Shown here piece by piece: positions 27,265 to 43,600 of a stretch of 64,000 nucleotides of DNA (position 1 is its first letter; each line of letters opens with the position of its first letter). A program made the position numbers and the translations under genes. The notes beneath the pieces are model-generated. The model saw only the letters and a program-made list of their open reading frames with translations. It was not told the origin of the DNA and made no database searches. Origin of the DNA: Trichinella spiralis (lineage: Eukaryota); assembly GCF_000181795.1 (NCBI RefSeq), contig NW_003526940.1, positions 22,440 to 86,439 of the forward strand, given 5' to 3'.

Positions 27265-27968
27265 GCTTGAAGCTGATCACCTGAAAGAAGAAATAGCATT
27301 TGCTTTTTGTTATTTATTGTGTACATGTTTAAAAGTTTTAACACGACTAAACAAACAAGCAACTTTAAAATATTAAAATAATTAGACTCAAAGAAAAGTT
27401 TAAAGGAATGTTTACAATTTTCAGATTTTCTTATTGATTTGTGAACATGAAAAGTTATCGGTTGTCAAGCTTATTACTTGTTATAACAGTCAAATGTGCA
27501 AATAATATTTTTACTGACGATGAAAAACTTGTTCACAGGCTGATGGACAGTACATTATATAAATTAATTCTTGTGATGATTGAATTTACACTATCTTATC
27601 AATGGTTTGAGACGTTCAGTTTTACATTTTGATTCTTATTTATGATCTGAACATGAAATTTAGCATCTGTAAGTGCAAATATTTTTGGAAATAAAATTCT
27701 TAATTTTTATTTATGAACATTTTTAGATAATTTCAATTATGAATCTGTTATTTTTTGAATTTATGTGGATGAAACTGTTATGAACAGTTTTACCGTCAGC
27801 ATTGTTATGTAATTTTTAAAATATAATTTCATACAAAATTATCATGTTTTAGCCAACAACGGCATTTAATTACATTATTTTAAAAAGTAAACTACTTCTG
27901 TTATTATTACTATGATAATATTTCATAATTGCATGTGTATATTCTTCCTATGATCCTCAAATTGACTT

Positions 27969-29671
27969 TCCTACTTTTGTCTTCTGGGTCAATTTGACCC
28001 AGAGGTGATGCACAGCCAGCTTATTTCATGACGTACTGCAACTAGGTATTCGTGCGTTTTATTTTGCAAGCTGCTGATAAATATTCTAATATGTAGAGTT
28101 TATTATTTTTTGATAAGACGGAATATGGATGAACTCTGACACACTTAAATATCTCCTGCACATGAATTACAATATGATTGTGTATGATGCTTACAAACAT
28201 ATTTTTGGCATTTTTGACAGCGTACGCTTGTTTTCTTGTCACTTTAAATACAGTTTACATCGGGCTCTTTTTACCACTTCTGTCCGTATCAGTGCTGGTG
28301 CTTGTAGATGGCTCCTCAGCTTCTTGTCGCAACCTTTCAACTGCCGTTTTTGCTGTTGCTGTTCTGGGTAGTGTTTCGCGTCTCACATTTCTGGTTGCAC
28401 TAGAGCCGTGCAGAGTTTCTCAAGGAATACTCGTCGTGTATGCAACCGTCCTGCATTCCATGTTGGGTGTATATCTGTCCAAAGAACGTAGGCGTTGTAT
28501 GCCAATACCTCTATCATTTTGTACAATATTACCAATGGCCATTGAGCTGTCATTCTTTGACAAGAATACGCTGATATCATTTATCCAAGTTATCCACGCC
28601 ACCTTTAGTATTATTGTAGTGTACAATAAAATCAGGCTTGTTGCCTTTTCCATCGCTATCCCTGCTATCATTGTGCATCATACTGAGAGCCAAAACATTT
28701 TTATTTTTCTTGGGGATGTATGTCCATGATGGTGCAGTCCTCAGAATATGCAAATTTGGCAGTTTACTGCTTTGCCTTCATCTACTGAATTATCTGTCTC
28801 TGAAACCACATTGCCAATATCTGTGTCCTTACTTTCAGATAAGACCATAGTTTCATCACTTATAGGTTGCCTGTAGCCCATATTTGTAAAAACTCTTGCC
28901 AGCTAAACAGTATGCACTTTTCAGATGAAATGTAACTAACAAGTAATTAACTGAAACTTATGAAAATGGTTTAGATTGAGGGTGCTTCTTTTCCAACTAG
29001 TCACTAAGGAAATGTTTCACTGAATTACTTGTTTTTGACAAAAACAAGATTGAGAAAAGCCTAAGCTATAGATGATCCTATCCCCGACAGCCTTGACTAC
29101 CTGTCTTTAAAATAACAATCATAAGTACATATGTCCATAAAGTGTGTATAGAATAAGACACCACACAATGGACAACTGTTTTTTTACTCAGTATACTGAC
29201 AGTCGGAGGGGAACTGTTGTATACTGACCAATTCAACAGCTCTTTTTGTTCAGCTAACGTCATATCTATATCTCATCCACTACCAACAAACATCAGGACA
29301 ACGCATGCACATAATACTACAACTAAATAATAATAATAAATAGCTAGAAATTGCATAATGAAATCCATCCACCTTTTGTCACATAGACTATAGAACCTTA
29401 AAAGTGATCGATGTTGCATTGGCTTCATTATTGATAACTCAGCAGCAGAAAATCTATCGTTGGGTCAAATTTACCCAGAGGACAATGGATGTATGTGAAG
29501 TGCATACAGCAGTTACTATAAATGATAGACGCGTACAAAATTCAGTGTATGCAGATAAGGTGAAATGAGTAAAAGTTTAAAAAAATTCAACATCAGCAGT
29601 CAGTAATTTTGGTACTAATTTTTATGTTGAATATCAAAATGGATAATTTGACCCTAAAGACAACAGGAGGA
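27969..29671 (-). mobile_element. Degenerate, internally deleted piggyBac (PGBD4-like) transposon
   Basis: Imperfect TIRs CCTACTTTTGTCTTCTGGGTCAATTTGACC (27970) and, reverse-complemented, CCTCCTGTTGTCTTTAGGGTCAAATT (ending 29670). Minus-strand transposase relic KPDFIVHYNNTKGGVDNLDK / ISAYSCQRMTAQWPLVILYKMIEVLAYNAYVLW, and C-terminal CQKCQKYVCKHH with frameshifts and stops. TTAA TSD is decayed. Confidence 0.88.
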
Positions 29672-30369
29672 ATATTCGTGCATGCCATGATCTGTGGAAT
29701 TTTTCCAAATTAACTTCTAAATAAACTGGTCTATTTTTTATAAAAGTTTCTTGTCCATTTTACCGGACATAAAGGACGTGAGCTTTCTCTTTGTGAGCAC
29801 TTTTAAATAAACTGCTGTAGCAAACTATGAAGGAAAACTGATAAAGCCTTAAGCATTAGTTGAATCTTTTTGTAAGTCAGTGAATGAAGGCGTGTGAATG
29901 AGTAGGTAGATGTGCGTAAACTGGTCTATAGTCTGCATCTGTTCCTATACTGATGTTGTTTATACTGATTCTTCCTTTTTTGAATATATATATATATTGA
30001 AAGGAACTGATGAGCAAAGGAAATTAATTTGCTTGCGCATACATAGTCCAGAAATATGCATGCAGTTCTGCGCAGGCATTCCATTAATACGGCCGTAAAT
30101 GTTCAGATTAATAATAATTATTATTTTCGTGATGGAGAGAACATTGCCTGTTGTTACGAGGCATTTTTCAAATAAAACTCTGATGGACAATAAGTCGATA
30201 TTGGCAGAACTCTGTAATCTATTTACTTTCATAATAAGTGCAATTTATTTATTTATGTAGATGTTTATAATAAAGTATATATGGAATCAAAGAAGAGCAA
30301 AAGTGCCTTGGCACCAAAGGAAGCCATAGCTGGTAAGCGCTACAAGATTGGCACTTCAGATTTGATCTG

Positions 30370-30495
30370 GCTGCCGCAGATACTTACAAGCTCATCTGAT
30401 ATGGAACGCTGGTTTGGCTACATGGAAATGTACTTCTGGGCCGCACAAAATCCTATTGATCATAGAGCTGCTTTGGTGCAAGTACCACACACATT
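30370..30495 (+). mobile_element. LTR-retrotransposon gag N-terminal fragment
   Basis: PQILTSSSDMERWFGYMEMYFWAAQNPIDHRAALVQ resembles the Gypsy-type gag capsid N-terminal helix (D..xW...ME.YF). Confidence 0.55.
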
Positions 30496-30619
30496 CAAAC
30501 ATGTGAGTTATCTTATAACGCTGTAAATTGATGAGACAGATGACTGTGTTTAGTTGAAGACAACCTATTCGAAATGTTCTGTGTGAATACCTCTAAAAAG
30601 CACTTTAATTAAGAATTTT

Positions 30620-31330
30620 GTAATCGAAGGCAATGAAAAAGCGAAGATTGTCGAAATGCGCTGTTCGATGTTTTTGAAGGTATTTCTTTGTTGGAACGTT
30701 TGAATTTGAGAAAGGTTCAACACCTCACATGAGCTTGACTTGCATACCACACACACAAGTACCTAGAAACCTGGACTTAACAGCTTATTTGCTGTATTTT
30801 ATCAAGAAAGGAAGAGGTGACAACCTTTTCATCTAGCAAGAATTGCTTGTGAATAAAGCCAGGGAAATCGCTATGAAATTTGCAGAAAGAGATTAATCTT
30901 ACACGACGTTTCAGCCTACTGATGGATAGGTATCAAGTTTCTTGAGGCGCTCTTGTGTGTTTGCACGGAAATGAAAGAAGCGCAGATTTGGACAGTGGCA
31001 TCGAATGGCGGCGTTGCGTGTAGCCTCAGATAACTCACTAATTCACGCTTGATCACATCTTCATTATGAATGAAACGGGACTGTTCTATAAAACTGAACG
31101 CAAACACTAGGTTCATTCTAGTTGCCCCTATATTATAATTATCATACTGCTTTCTTTGGAAGATTTGTTCTTCCTGATGATGATGATAATACAAGAAAGG
31201 AAGCAGATAGTCTAAAGACTGATTTACCATTACTATATGCAGCAATATTAGTGGCACTTTTAAAATTCCTTTGTTGGTGATCGGGAAAAGTAAGGGACCA
31301 CGAAGCTATCCCAAAATATCTATGAAATCA
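30620..31330 (+). pseudogene. Tigger/pogo (CENP-B HTH + DDE_1) transposase relic
   Basis: Fragments NKAREIAMKF (HTH region), NETGLFYK, and SKD*FTITICSNISGTFKIPLLVIGKSKGPRSY, which matches the DDE_1 motif CxNASGxxKLPLLVIGKSKxPR. Interrupted by stops and frameshifts. Confidence 0.8.
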
Positions 31331-32716
31331 GAATGTTTTATTTGGAGTCAAACAAGTCTGCATGCAACAAGACAATTTTAATCGCCGTATATTGAAATCT
31401 AAAATGTCCAAGGATCCAGAACCGATTCTGTACACTATTGGCTCAACTTCTTTAATCATTGCAAGCTTTGACTTCGAAGGCCTCTATAAAGCTAAACAAA
31501 ACTTGTTTCAAGCTGCTGACCTTACAGTATTGTCTCTTCATGCTCAATACTCAAAAAAGTTTAGAGACAAAATGAAAATAGTTTACCTAAAAGAGGCAGC
31601 ATACTAGTGTTGTATATGCAGCCTGAAAAAAAGGCTGTGAATCTGTCGAGGTGAAGTAAATGCAGATGAATATACATATAAAAGATTTTGGTAATTGATG
31701 AATTTTTGTTTTATAAATATCCTGCGCATGTAGCAGTTTTAACATTATGGAAACCTCTAAATGAGGAAGATCTAGGAATATGAAGATCAGAAGACCTACT
31801 GACAATGACATCTATAGTTGTGTTGCAATACACAATACACAGATGGAAAATTAGATTTCATGAAATGATGCAATGAAACTGAAAATATCAGTAAAATAAA
31901 AAAAATTTATAGCATCTTAAAAGATAATTGCCATCTATTCGAAACTCGAACAGATATTACTACCAAAAAATTTCAAAAAGCTATCAGTTGTCATTTTTTG
32001 GAATAATAAAGAGTTGTAAGATTTCTTGCTTGCGTGACACCGTTTGCCGTCAGATATTTTTCAGGACGCCTAAATAAACTAAAGTGTCTCTATAAATTAT
32101 ATATATTTTTAGTAGGTTGCAAAGTAAACGTGTTTACTGTGATACTTTTTCTTTTGTTTAATTTTCTCATATTGTGCGTATTTATGTGTTTGATAATAAA
32201 TAGCAGAGGACACTATACTTGTGTATGTTAACTGAATTCTGCAGTCAAGCTTATCAGCATAAGCAACAGTTTAATGGGTAATTATACGGAAAATATAAAT
32301 GCAAAAAAGCAAAATAATGGCAAAATAAGAAAAAGACAAATACATAAAGATAAAAAAAATCAACAAACACAATAAAAGTATAAAAAACAAAAGGACTTGT
32401 TCAGTTAATAGCACCATAATTTCTTAAAAATTACTATTTACATGTATATAATAATACCACATATTATACATATGAAGAACAAACAAGATAATTTGAATAA
32501 AGCGCCGCTCCAGTTGATATGAAAGCCCTGACTGAGCTCGCGAGACCTAAGCTAATTACTGGTTTCATTGGCTTTTGGCCTTTGCGTTTACACAAATAAA
32601 ATGTATTCGTTGTCTGTTTATAATATTATAATGCAGTAGGAAAAGCATATACGCATATATATGTATTGTATGCAGCCATATAATATATATATGCTTGTAC
32701 GTACGTATGTGTGTAT

Positions 32717-33240
32717 GTATGATTTCGAAGTGATTCACCGACCTGGACAGAAACATCGGAATGCTGATGCGGTTTCATGGCGCACCTGTAAGCAATGCAG
32801 CACAGACCATGTGGTTACTATGGCCTTAGATTCTACTAGCTTTGTCAAACAATGGCAGAAAACCGACCCATAACTCCCGCAGGTCAGATTATGAATTGAT
32901 TATAGTGAAGGATTGGCCATTAGAAGCTCCAGAGAGCAGTCACATGATAAAAAGTCCTCGGGCCCAGCGGGACCAGATAACCGTGAACTGAAGGATCCTA
33001 TGGGAGATACTGGACACTGGCGAGAGAAGGTTGCTGCAACTTATTCCCTGTGAGAAAATCGCGGAGATTCTGAGAGCCATCCACAAACACCAGAAAGAAG
33101 TCCTCCTGGGCTTGGCGAAAGCCTTGGTAAAAGTGTATCAGCGATTTTACTAGCCTGAACTGCGGGAAAATGTAAAAGATTGGTGTTGGGTGTGTTAGAG
33201 AACTAACGGCCGTCGAGGCAAGACTCAATGGCGTGGAATT
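32717..33240 (+). mobile_element. Ty3/Gypsy pol relic (RNase H C-terminus to integrase zinc finger)
   Basis: YDFEVIHRPGQKHRNADAVS, followed by KALVKVYQRFY*PELRENVKDWCWVC (H2C2 integrase region). Multiple stops. Confidence 0.85.
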
Positions 33241-33329
33241 TGCAGAACCGGCAGACCAGGATGGCTCGTTACACCAGAAAAATTCTGAAACGTAGCTATT
33301 GATTCTGTTTCAGAACATCGACTCAGTTG

Positions 33330-33990
33330 TCATTTTTGAATCAGAGTAAAGTGAAGTAAAGCGAAGAACAAGAACAAAGTGGAAGAGCCAAATGGTGGCA
33401 ACAGTCCTCGCCAGACGGTGACGCTCGCTTTGTGAGAGATACGGCTGCAGAAGGGCCGGAACCGCGTACTTTATTGCCTTCTCACGCACTATCGTTTCAC
33501 GTAAATTACAGTTGAAAGCACTTTTGCACTTGATTGCTATAATGGGGTTACGGTGGAGAATGGATGACTGGAATTGGTGGCGGTACGCTGGTTAGTCGGT
33601 CGCGATGTGGTTCAGTGCATTGATTGTTGTTCTCTTGTTATATTAAGGCGTTCTATCTTGCTCAGTTGTTAGTTCTTGTATTTATTCGATGTCAGCAAAA
33701 TAAACGCGAGCGTGGACAAAAGGTTATTGCAAGCGCGAAGAAAGTCGCGTTTACTCTGAAACTCAGGCTGATCCATCATCCACGGCAGACGGTTCGTTAC
33801 ATGGTCAAGCATCAACGAGAATCGAGCTCTTGCATGCTTTTTAGTGTTGTAAAGTTGATCAATAAATCCCTATCCAGAACATTTTGTTTTTCCTGGTCGG
33901 TATTTCTAGAACTTGAGTCGCCGCTAACGTCCATGCCTACAGGCCACTGCCTGAGCATCAGAGGTTGTTCGCAAGAATTGTCAGAGCAGA
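33330..33990. mobile_element. GC-richer LTR/UTR-like retroelement remnant
   Basis: GC-elevated non-coding segment adjoining the pol relic, with AATAAA near 33699. No paired LTR found in the window. Confidence 0.3.
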
Positions 33991-34609
33991 TTCTTTAAAC
34001 ATCAGTTTACTATAGCATTTAAATGAATGTTGCAGCATAAATTAAGTCCAGTCTACATTTGCAATAATTTTGTCTACAATACAAATTATAGTAGGCAATC
34101 TCCTCAATGATTACTCAATGGTCCAGTGGATTGCGTGCAAGCTCTTGCACATCTTTAACATGTCAAGTATATTTTAAAAAGCTGTTTTTTTGAAACAATA
34201 AAATCATATTTTATGAACATGTTGTAATATAATAATATTTAATGCTTATTAGCATTTTATTAGATGGAAAATTACAAAAATTTCAAATGCTGTAATTAAT
34301 TAAAAGTAAGATTTAAAATTAAAATGTTTCATAAAATAAACCTTAATTTTTTATTTAAACATTTTAATAATTGCTTGTGTGTGCATATTCAAATTTGAAA
34401 TTTCTGTTGTTGCTTTTGTAGAAAAATGTTACTTGAAAATCCCCATAATTACTGTATGCTGAAAAGTATTTTTATGAGAAAAAATCCCACCTATTTCGGA
34501 GATATTTCATTGTCAATTTTTTTTGTAAGTTAACCTTATATGTTTTCAGTTGATAACTAAGCGATTAGATGGGGGACAATTATAGCTGACACTTTACTGA
34601 AAGCGTACA

Positions 34610-37895
<3,286 letters not shown>

Positions 37896-40697
37896 CTAAT
37901 GTGTTATCATTCACTTCCGCTTTTTCTTCTGACTTCTTGCTGCTTTATCTATGCAGCAATGTTTGTTCAGTTGTTGAATAACGGTCCACTGCACAAACTG
38001 GTCGTTCTCTCTCTCTCTTTCTCTTTCTTTTGGCTGCATATTTATGTATATAATTGGTGCAGTGTTACTCCAAGCTTATTTGTTTTACATCCGTGAAACT
38101 CGCTGTATATTCACTTCATCCCTTTCTTCCCTCTCTCCTCTCTCCTCTCTTTGTCTGTGTTCAAACGTTCTGTATGCTGCTCGTTTTCTTTTATAGGTAA
38201 ATAATTGAAACAAAAAACTTTTTTTTTCTTAATTTCAGTTTTTAATTTTTTTTAATCTCGATTCTATTTGTGGTAATATTTTTGAACATTGCACGTGCAT
38301 GCATGTACGCGTTATGTTGTTTATTGAAAAAGTTGTGCAAATTCGATACAGCGTTGTCTCTCTTGTACACAAGCATTGAATATCTTTTTCTTTTCATACT
38401 GTTGTTGTAACGTCGTATTGTTGCTGAGAATAGATACTGTATTTGGATTAGGTAAATTAATTTGTTGTATTTTTGATATATATATATATATTCAATTGTC
38501 ATGGTAGCGGCCGCGAGTTATACGAGCAAGTTGAATGATGTGATTGTTGAAACAAAATTTCCAAATAGACCGCATCTTCTGAAAATAAATTTAGAAACTG
38601 TTTTGTGAAAGTACTAAACAAATGATGAACATAAGTATTGATGATAAACGCTTATGCCAAAGGTATCTGCTTCCTCTTTTATTTTGATTCTAATAATATA
38701 TCTATCGATCGGTGGAACGGAAATTGACTCTGTGACCGTACAGTAGCACATGAAATTTATGTTTTGAGCTTATTATTATAATTTTTTAAGCTTTTTTGAA
38801 TTTTCAAGTTGAATTAGCGAAAACAAGTTGGTTTTTTTCTCGCAACAAAATTATGCCAACGAAAAGCACTACATTTGTTGTTTTAGTTCTACTTGTCATC
38901 AGTAGTGTTGTCATTTTGACAATTTAAGTCGTTTTTAAATTGTTTGAAAATTCAAAAAATATATAAATCAAAAATTGACGAAAATTAATTAGCTTTCATA
39001 TTTATTGAAATTTTTTTTTGTTGATCATAAGCAGCATTGCAGTGAAATTGTGAAATGTGCTTCAAGCAACGCGCAATTGAAGAAGACAACAAACATCTAG
39101 TGCAACATTTTCGCAGTTGCAATTTTCAAAAATATGCAATTTTCTTTTATCTTGCCCAAACTTTTTTTACTCGGCATTGTTTAATTTTTGTATCACTTTA
39201 AAACTGGTTAATTTTTTTATGTGACAGTTTCTTTTTGAAAATTTAAATTCAATTTTGATTGTAATTATTAGCAGAAAAGAATTATCATTTTTCTCGATAT
39301 TTGACTTAATAATATTTGTATATATATATTTATTTACATGCTTGAGCAGTTTGTTTCTGAATATTTCAAAAATAATTTCAAAATTACAGTAAAATGAGTT
39401 TCGGCACTTATCGATTACTTATTCATCTCTACGATTATACTTGTTAGTACATTACTATTTAGTTTCAGTTTTTCTAATATTCATCTCTAAAAGTTTTCGA
39501 GTAATTTCTAATAAAATGTTCAAAAAATGAAAGCTAGATAAAATTAATCATTTTTCAAATAATCTATAATCTTATTTTTAAAGAAAATTAAAATATTGTA
39601 CTCTGATTTGAAAATAAAATTATATCATGCAATACAATTATGTGTTGTTGCATGAGATGATAATTTATTTTAAAAAATTATTTTCATCACGAAATATTAA
39701 TTTTTGATATTATGAAGATGATTAATTGCCAATAATTTTGACTTTTATTTCATTGAAATTAAAATATATTATAAAAAGCGATTTGCAGTTTTTTAGCCAT
39801 AATTAAATATGAAAAGTTTATTTATTATTTTCAAAAATTTTTTACGTCTGAACTATTTCATTTTGTCATTTGTCTAATTTTCAATTCAATGTATAAATAA
39901 TATTTTTATTTTCACTTTTCCAAATTAGTTAAAACTGTGTCTTTTGAAAATTTAATTTAACCATGCTGAGATGTTCTGCGTGATGTGTCACATTTCGTAA
40001 TTATAAATCGTGTGGTATTTCTTTTGTACAGTTGTGAAATCATCAGAATTTACTATTATTGTTTCAATAGAAAAAATTTAATAAAAAAAAATTTTTAATT
40101 TATTTCTGATTTTCATTTTCAAAAAAAGTAGTAGAATAGTTTCGTGTAATTTTGACATTCAATTATAGAAATGCTCTTTTTTTAATATGCCTTTTTTATT
40201 TTATAAATTTATATATTATATTTCAAATGCATTATATACCGGTTGAGTAAAATTTTATTGCCCGCTTAAATTTAATAAGTTTAATGTGCTTGGAAATAGA
40301 AAAGAAATTAATTATGTCGCTGATGTTGGATTTTTGAATAAAGTGTTGCTGTTGTTTTGCTACTTTTGCTAATGTCACTACTTTGGTGGTCATTGATAGG
40401 CAGTGTTGACCGTTCTCGAGTTCAATTCACACCTCAGTCAAGGCGGGCGAAAAATGCCACTCTAATTGTTGTCTCACGAAAGCGGTGCTGTTGACACTAG
40501 GGCGACATCTACACTAGAACAGACATGGCTCGATTTCATGACGACCAATCAACGTTCGGCTACCGTAAGCGGTGAACATTTCCGGCAAGGCGCTGCTCTT
40601 TTCTGCCCATTAAGCGGCTCATATCGACTCAAAGCAAACGCAAACGTCTCTTAATAATATCACATTTTTCGAAACTGATCACTGTAAAACTCTATCC

Positions 40698-43600
40698 ATG
40701 TTGTCCCAGTGCTATTGGTATCGGTTCTTGTTGTTGCTGTTGCAAATGGGTGCATTCTGCGACAGCGCCTATTTCAGCATGTTTGGACTGCACCGTCCAG
40801 AAAAAGATCCGTGCTACAATGCTCGGCACGAGCCGGTTCGTTGCGTACCAGACTTTGTCAACGCCGCTTTTGGCAAGCCAGTGGTCAGTTCATCCACGTG
40901 TGGCCAAAATGGAGCCAGCCGTTTTTGTTGGTGGAGACGAGATGGAATTCAAGCCAGTGCCACTTTTCGAGAAGAGTGCAGAGCATGTCCAGACGCTCAG
41001 TTTTATCCGGCATCTGCGTTGACTGACTTGAACAACCCGCAAAACATGACATGCTGGGTGTCAGAGCCGACCACGTCTGCCGCCGGCAACGTCACTCTGA
41101 CCTTATCGTTGGGCAAAAAGTATGAGGTGACGTACGTGAGCACACAGTTTTGTCATCACAGGCCAGATTCGATGGTGATACTGAAAAGTGTCGACTATGG
41201 CCGAACATGGATCCCGTTCCAATATTACTCTAGTCAGTGTCAAATGATGTACAACAAAACTCCGAACGTGCCGATCTCACGACACAATGAACAGGAAGCG
41301 TTGTGCACAGATGCGCATAGTGCGGCTCCTCTGCGTGGTGACAGAATCGCTTTTGCTACACTGGAAGGTCGTCCATCCGCATTTGATTTTGAAAAAAGTC
41401 CAGTATTGCAGGTAGGGAAACAAAAAAAAGACTGAAAGTGTGAACGCATGTGTGTATATGTATGTGCGTGTGTATATGTTTGCTGGCCTATTTCATTTTG
41501 ATTTCCATCTAATATTGTGAATATTTTTTTACAAAGGATTGGGTAACAGCTACTGATATAAGGGTGATCCTGACTCGTCTCAAAGTTGACAGTACTCATC
41601 GGTACAGTGGAATCAACTCGTCCAATGCAGTAGAGCAGTTTTTCTACAGCATGGCTGATTTGGCAGTCGGCGGAAGATGCAAATGCAATGGTCATGCTAG
41701 CCGTTGTTTGTTGGATAATACAGGCAAATTGGTCTGCGACTGCAAACACGGCACTACCGGCGTAGACTGTGAAAAATGTAAACCGTTTCATTATGACAGA
41801 CCATGGGGTCGTGCCACTGTCGAAGATGCGCATGAATGTGTTCGTAAGTGATTTCTTGCATAAGATTTTTTTTCTTTTCATGCTATTATATTCATTGAAT
41901 ATATATTTTGTTAACGAGAATGGGCTGAATATGTCTTTGGGGTCATCATACTGAGTACAATGCGCGCAGAGGCGATAATCGGGTAATGTTCAGCCACCTC
42001 GTCAAAGGAGGCATCTTTGATGTGCTACCGAAGGCAATTAGCACGCCCAATAGAAACAATAGTACTCCGACCTTCTGCTGTGCAAAGCTGGACCGATTGT
42101 CTTAGAGCACGCCGGCCGTCGGCGACACGGCGTGAAGCTTTTCAGAAAAAAGCCGTGTAGCAGCAGCCATTGGCGGTCTTTTGTTACCACTCAGGTCGCG
42201 GCCTTCTTCAATTCTTTGCACTTTTAGGGAAAAAAAAGTAAATAAACCAAGTGCCGGAAACATATTTCCGCTTTTCAACACAAAATCTCCTCTACCCCTT
42301 ATCCTTCCTTATGATGTCTTGTGGTATTATTTGAGTTTTGAACAAAAGCAAAGCAAAAAACTTATGAAATGCGGTTTCTTCATAGCTTTACCGAAGAAGA
42401 GCAAATAGTTGCGCAATTTATTAGCCAGTTTAAGTTTGTAATTCACTTTCCTTTACTCGTTATATTATGCGCTTTCAGTGGCAGATCTAAATTTCAAATT
42501 ACAAATACATCTACATGAAAAACTGTCTGTCACACAGAGAGAATGAATCTGTAGTAAAATTATTTACTGTAAAAAGAAAATAAGTTGGTTACGAAGAAGT
42601 TACCATTTCAAAATTCATTTGCATTTCTATAATCTTTATTTGAGAAGAAGATATAGTTAGTTCTTTGACAAAGTTGAATTTTGAAAATGTTTCTTTTTCT
42701 GAAATTTATATTCAAAATATTGATATTTAGTGATGAAATATGCATATGAATTATTATTCTCAACTGAATATTTGTCAGTCTTATAAGCGGAAACATATTT
42801 TTGAAAAATTAAGTTTTAAGAATAAATCATCTGATAATTCGTTCGATATTGAATTATTTGAGAATATCTTAAAAATTCATTTTTCATGACAGGAAAAGTT
42901 GAAAGTATATGTTGACAAAAAATGTTTTTTTTGTATTACATCAAACATTGCACTTCTGTTTCTGATGGGAAAAATAACATCCTTTCCAAGGTTATCAGCT
43001 GTGAATAAAAGACAGACTATTGTGTGTGTATGTGTGTGTTTTTTTTTAATTTTATGCTGAATTGTACAGTATCATTTATTGTATCAAAAGGTGAGGTTTT
43101 AAAAATGACAAGAAAGGCCATATTTCAATTTGCAGATGTTTCAGTGGGATGGATCATTGGATGCATAATTAGATTGCTTCTTATTTTCTGTTTGTTACAA
43201 TCTCAGAAAGCAATTTTCAATACTTGACAATTTCACGAATACAGAAGCTTTATTCTGCTTAAGTAGAAAATGTACATGTTCATAAAAAGTATCATGTGTC
43301 ATCGATTTCTTTTTGACCTCTTTGAATTTACATACTACATATATTTCTTTGTATTTCATATTTTTCTGAGCGTATTGATTGATAAAAGTTTTTTTATTAC
43401 TCATAATATCGGTCTTCTAGAGTGAAATTTGTTTTTCGAAAAAATCTAGCTGCTTACTAATCTTTATTCATTGCAAAACTGAAAACTTTATGATTTCAAC
43501 AACTTTACGATTTTACAGTTTTTACTGAAACTGACTTGTTTTTCATATATAGAATTTCTAAATTTTCTCAAGCACAATTTTGAAATTTGAAGTAAAATTA

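Noticed and set aside
28178..28729. 183-aa hydrophobic plus-strand ORF that looks like a membrane protein
   Set aside because: Antisense to the piggyBac transposase relic.
41240..41881. 213-aa minus-strand ORF
   Set aside because: Antisense to netrin exons 1-2. Its THAHTYTH segment comes from an intronic TG-rich repeat.
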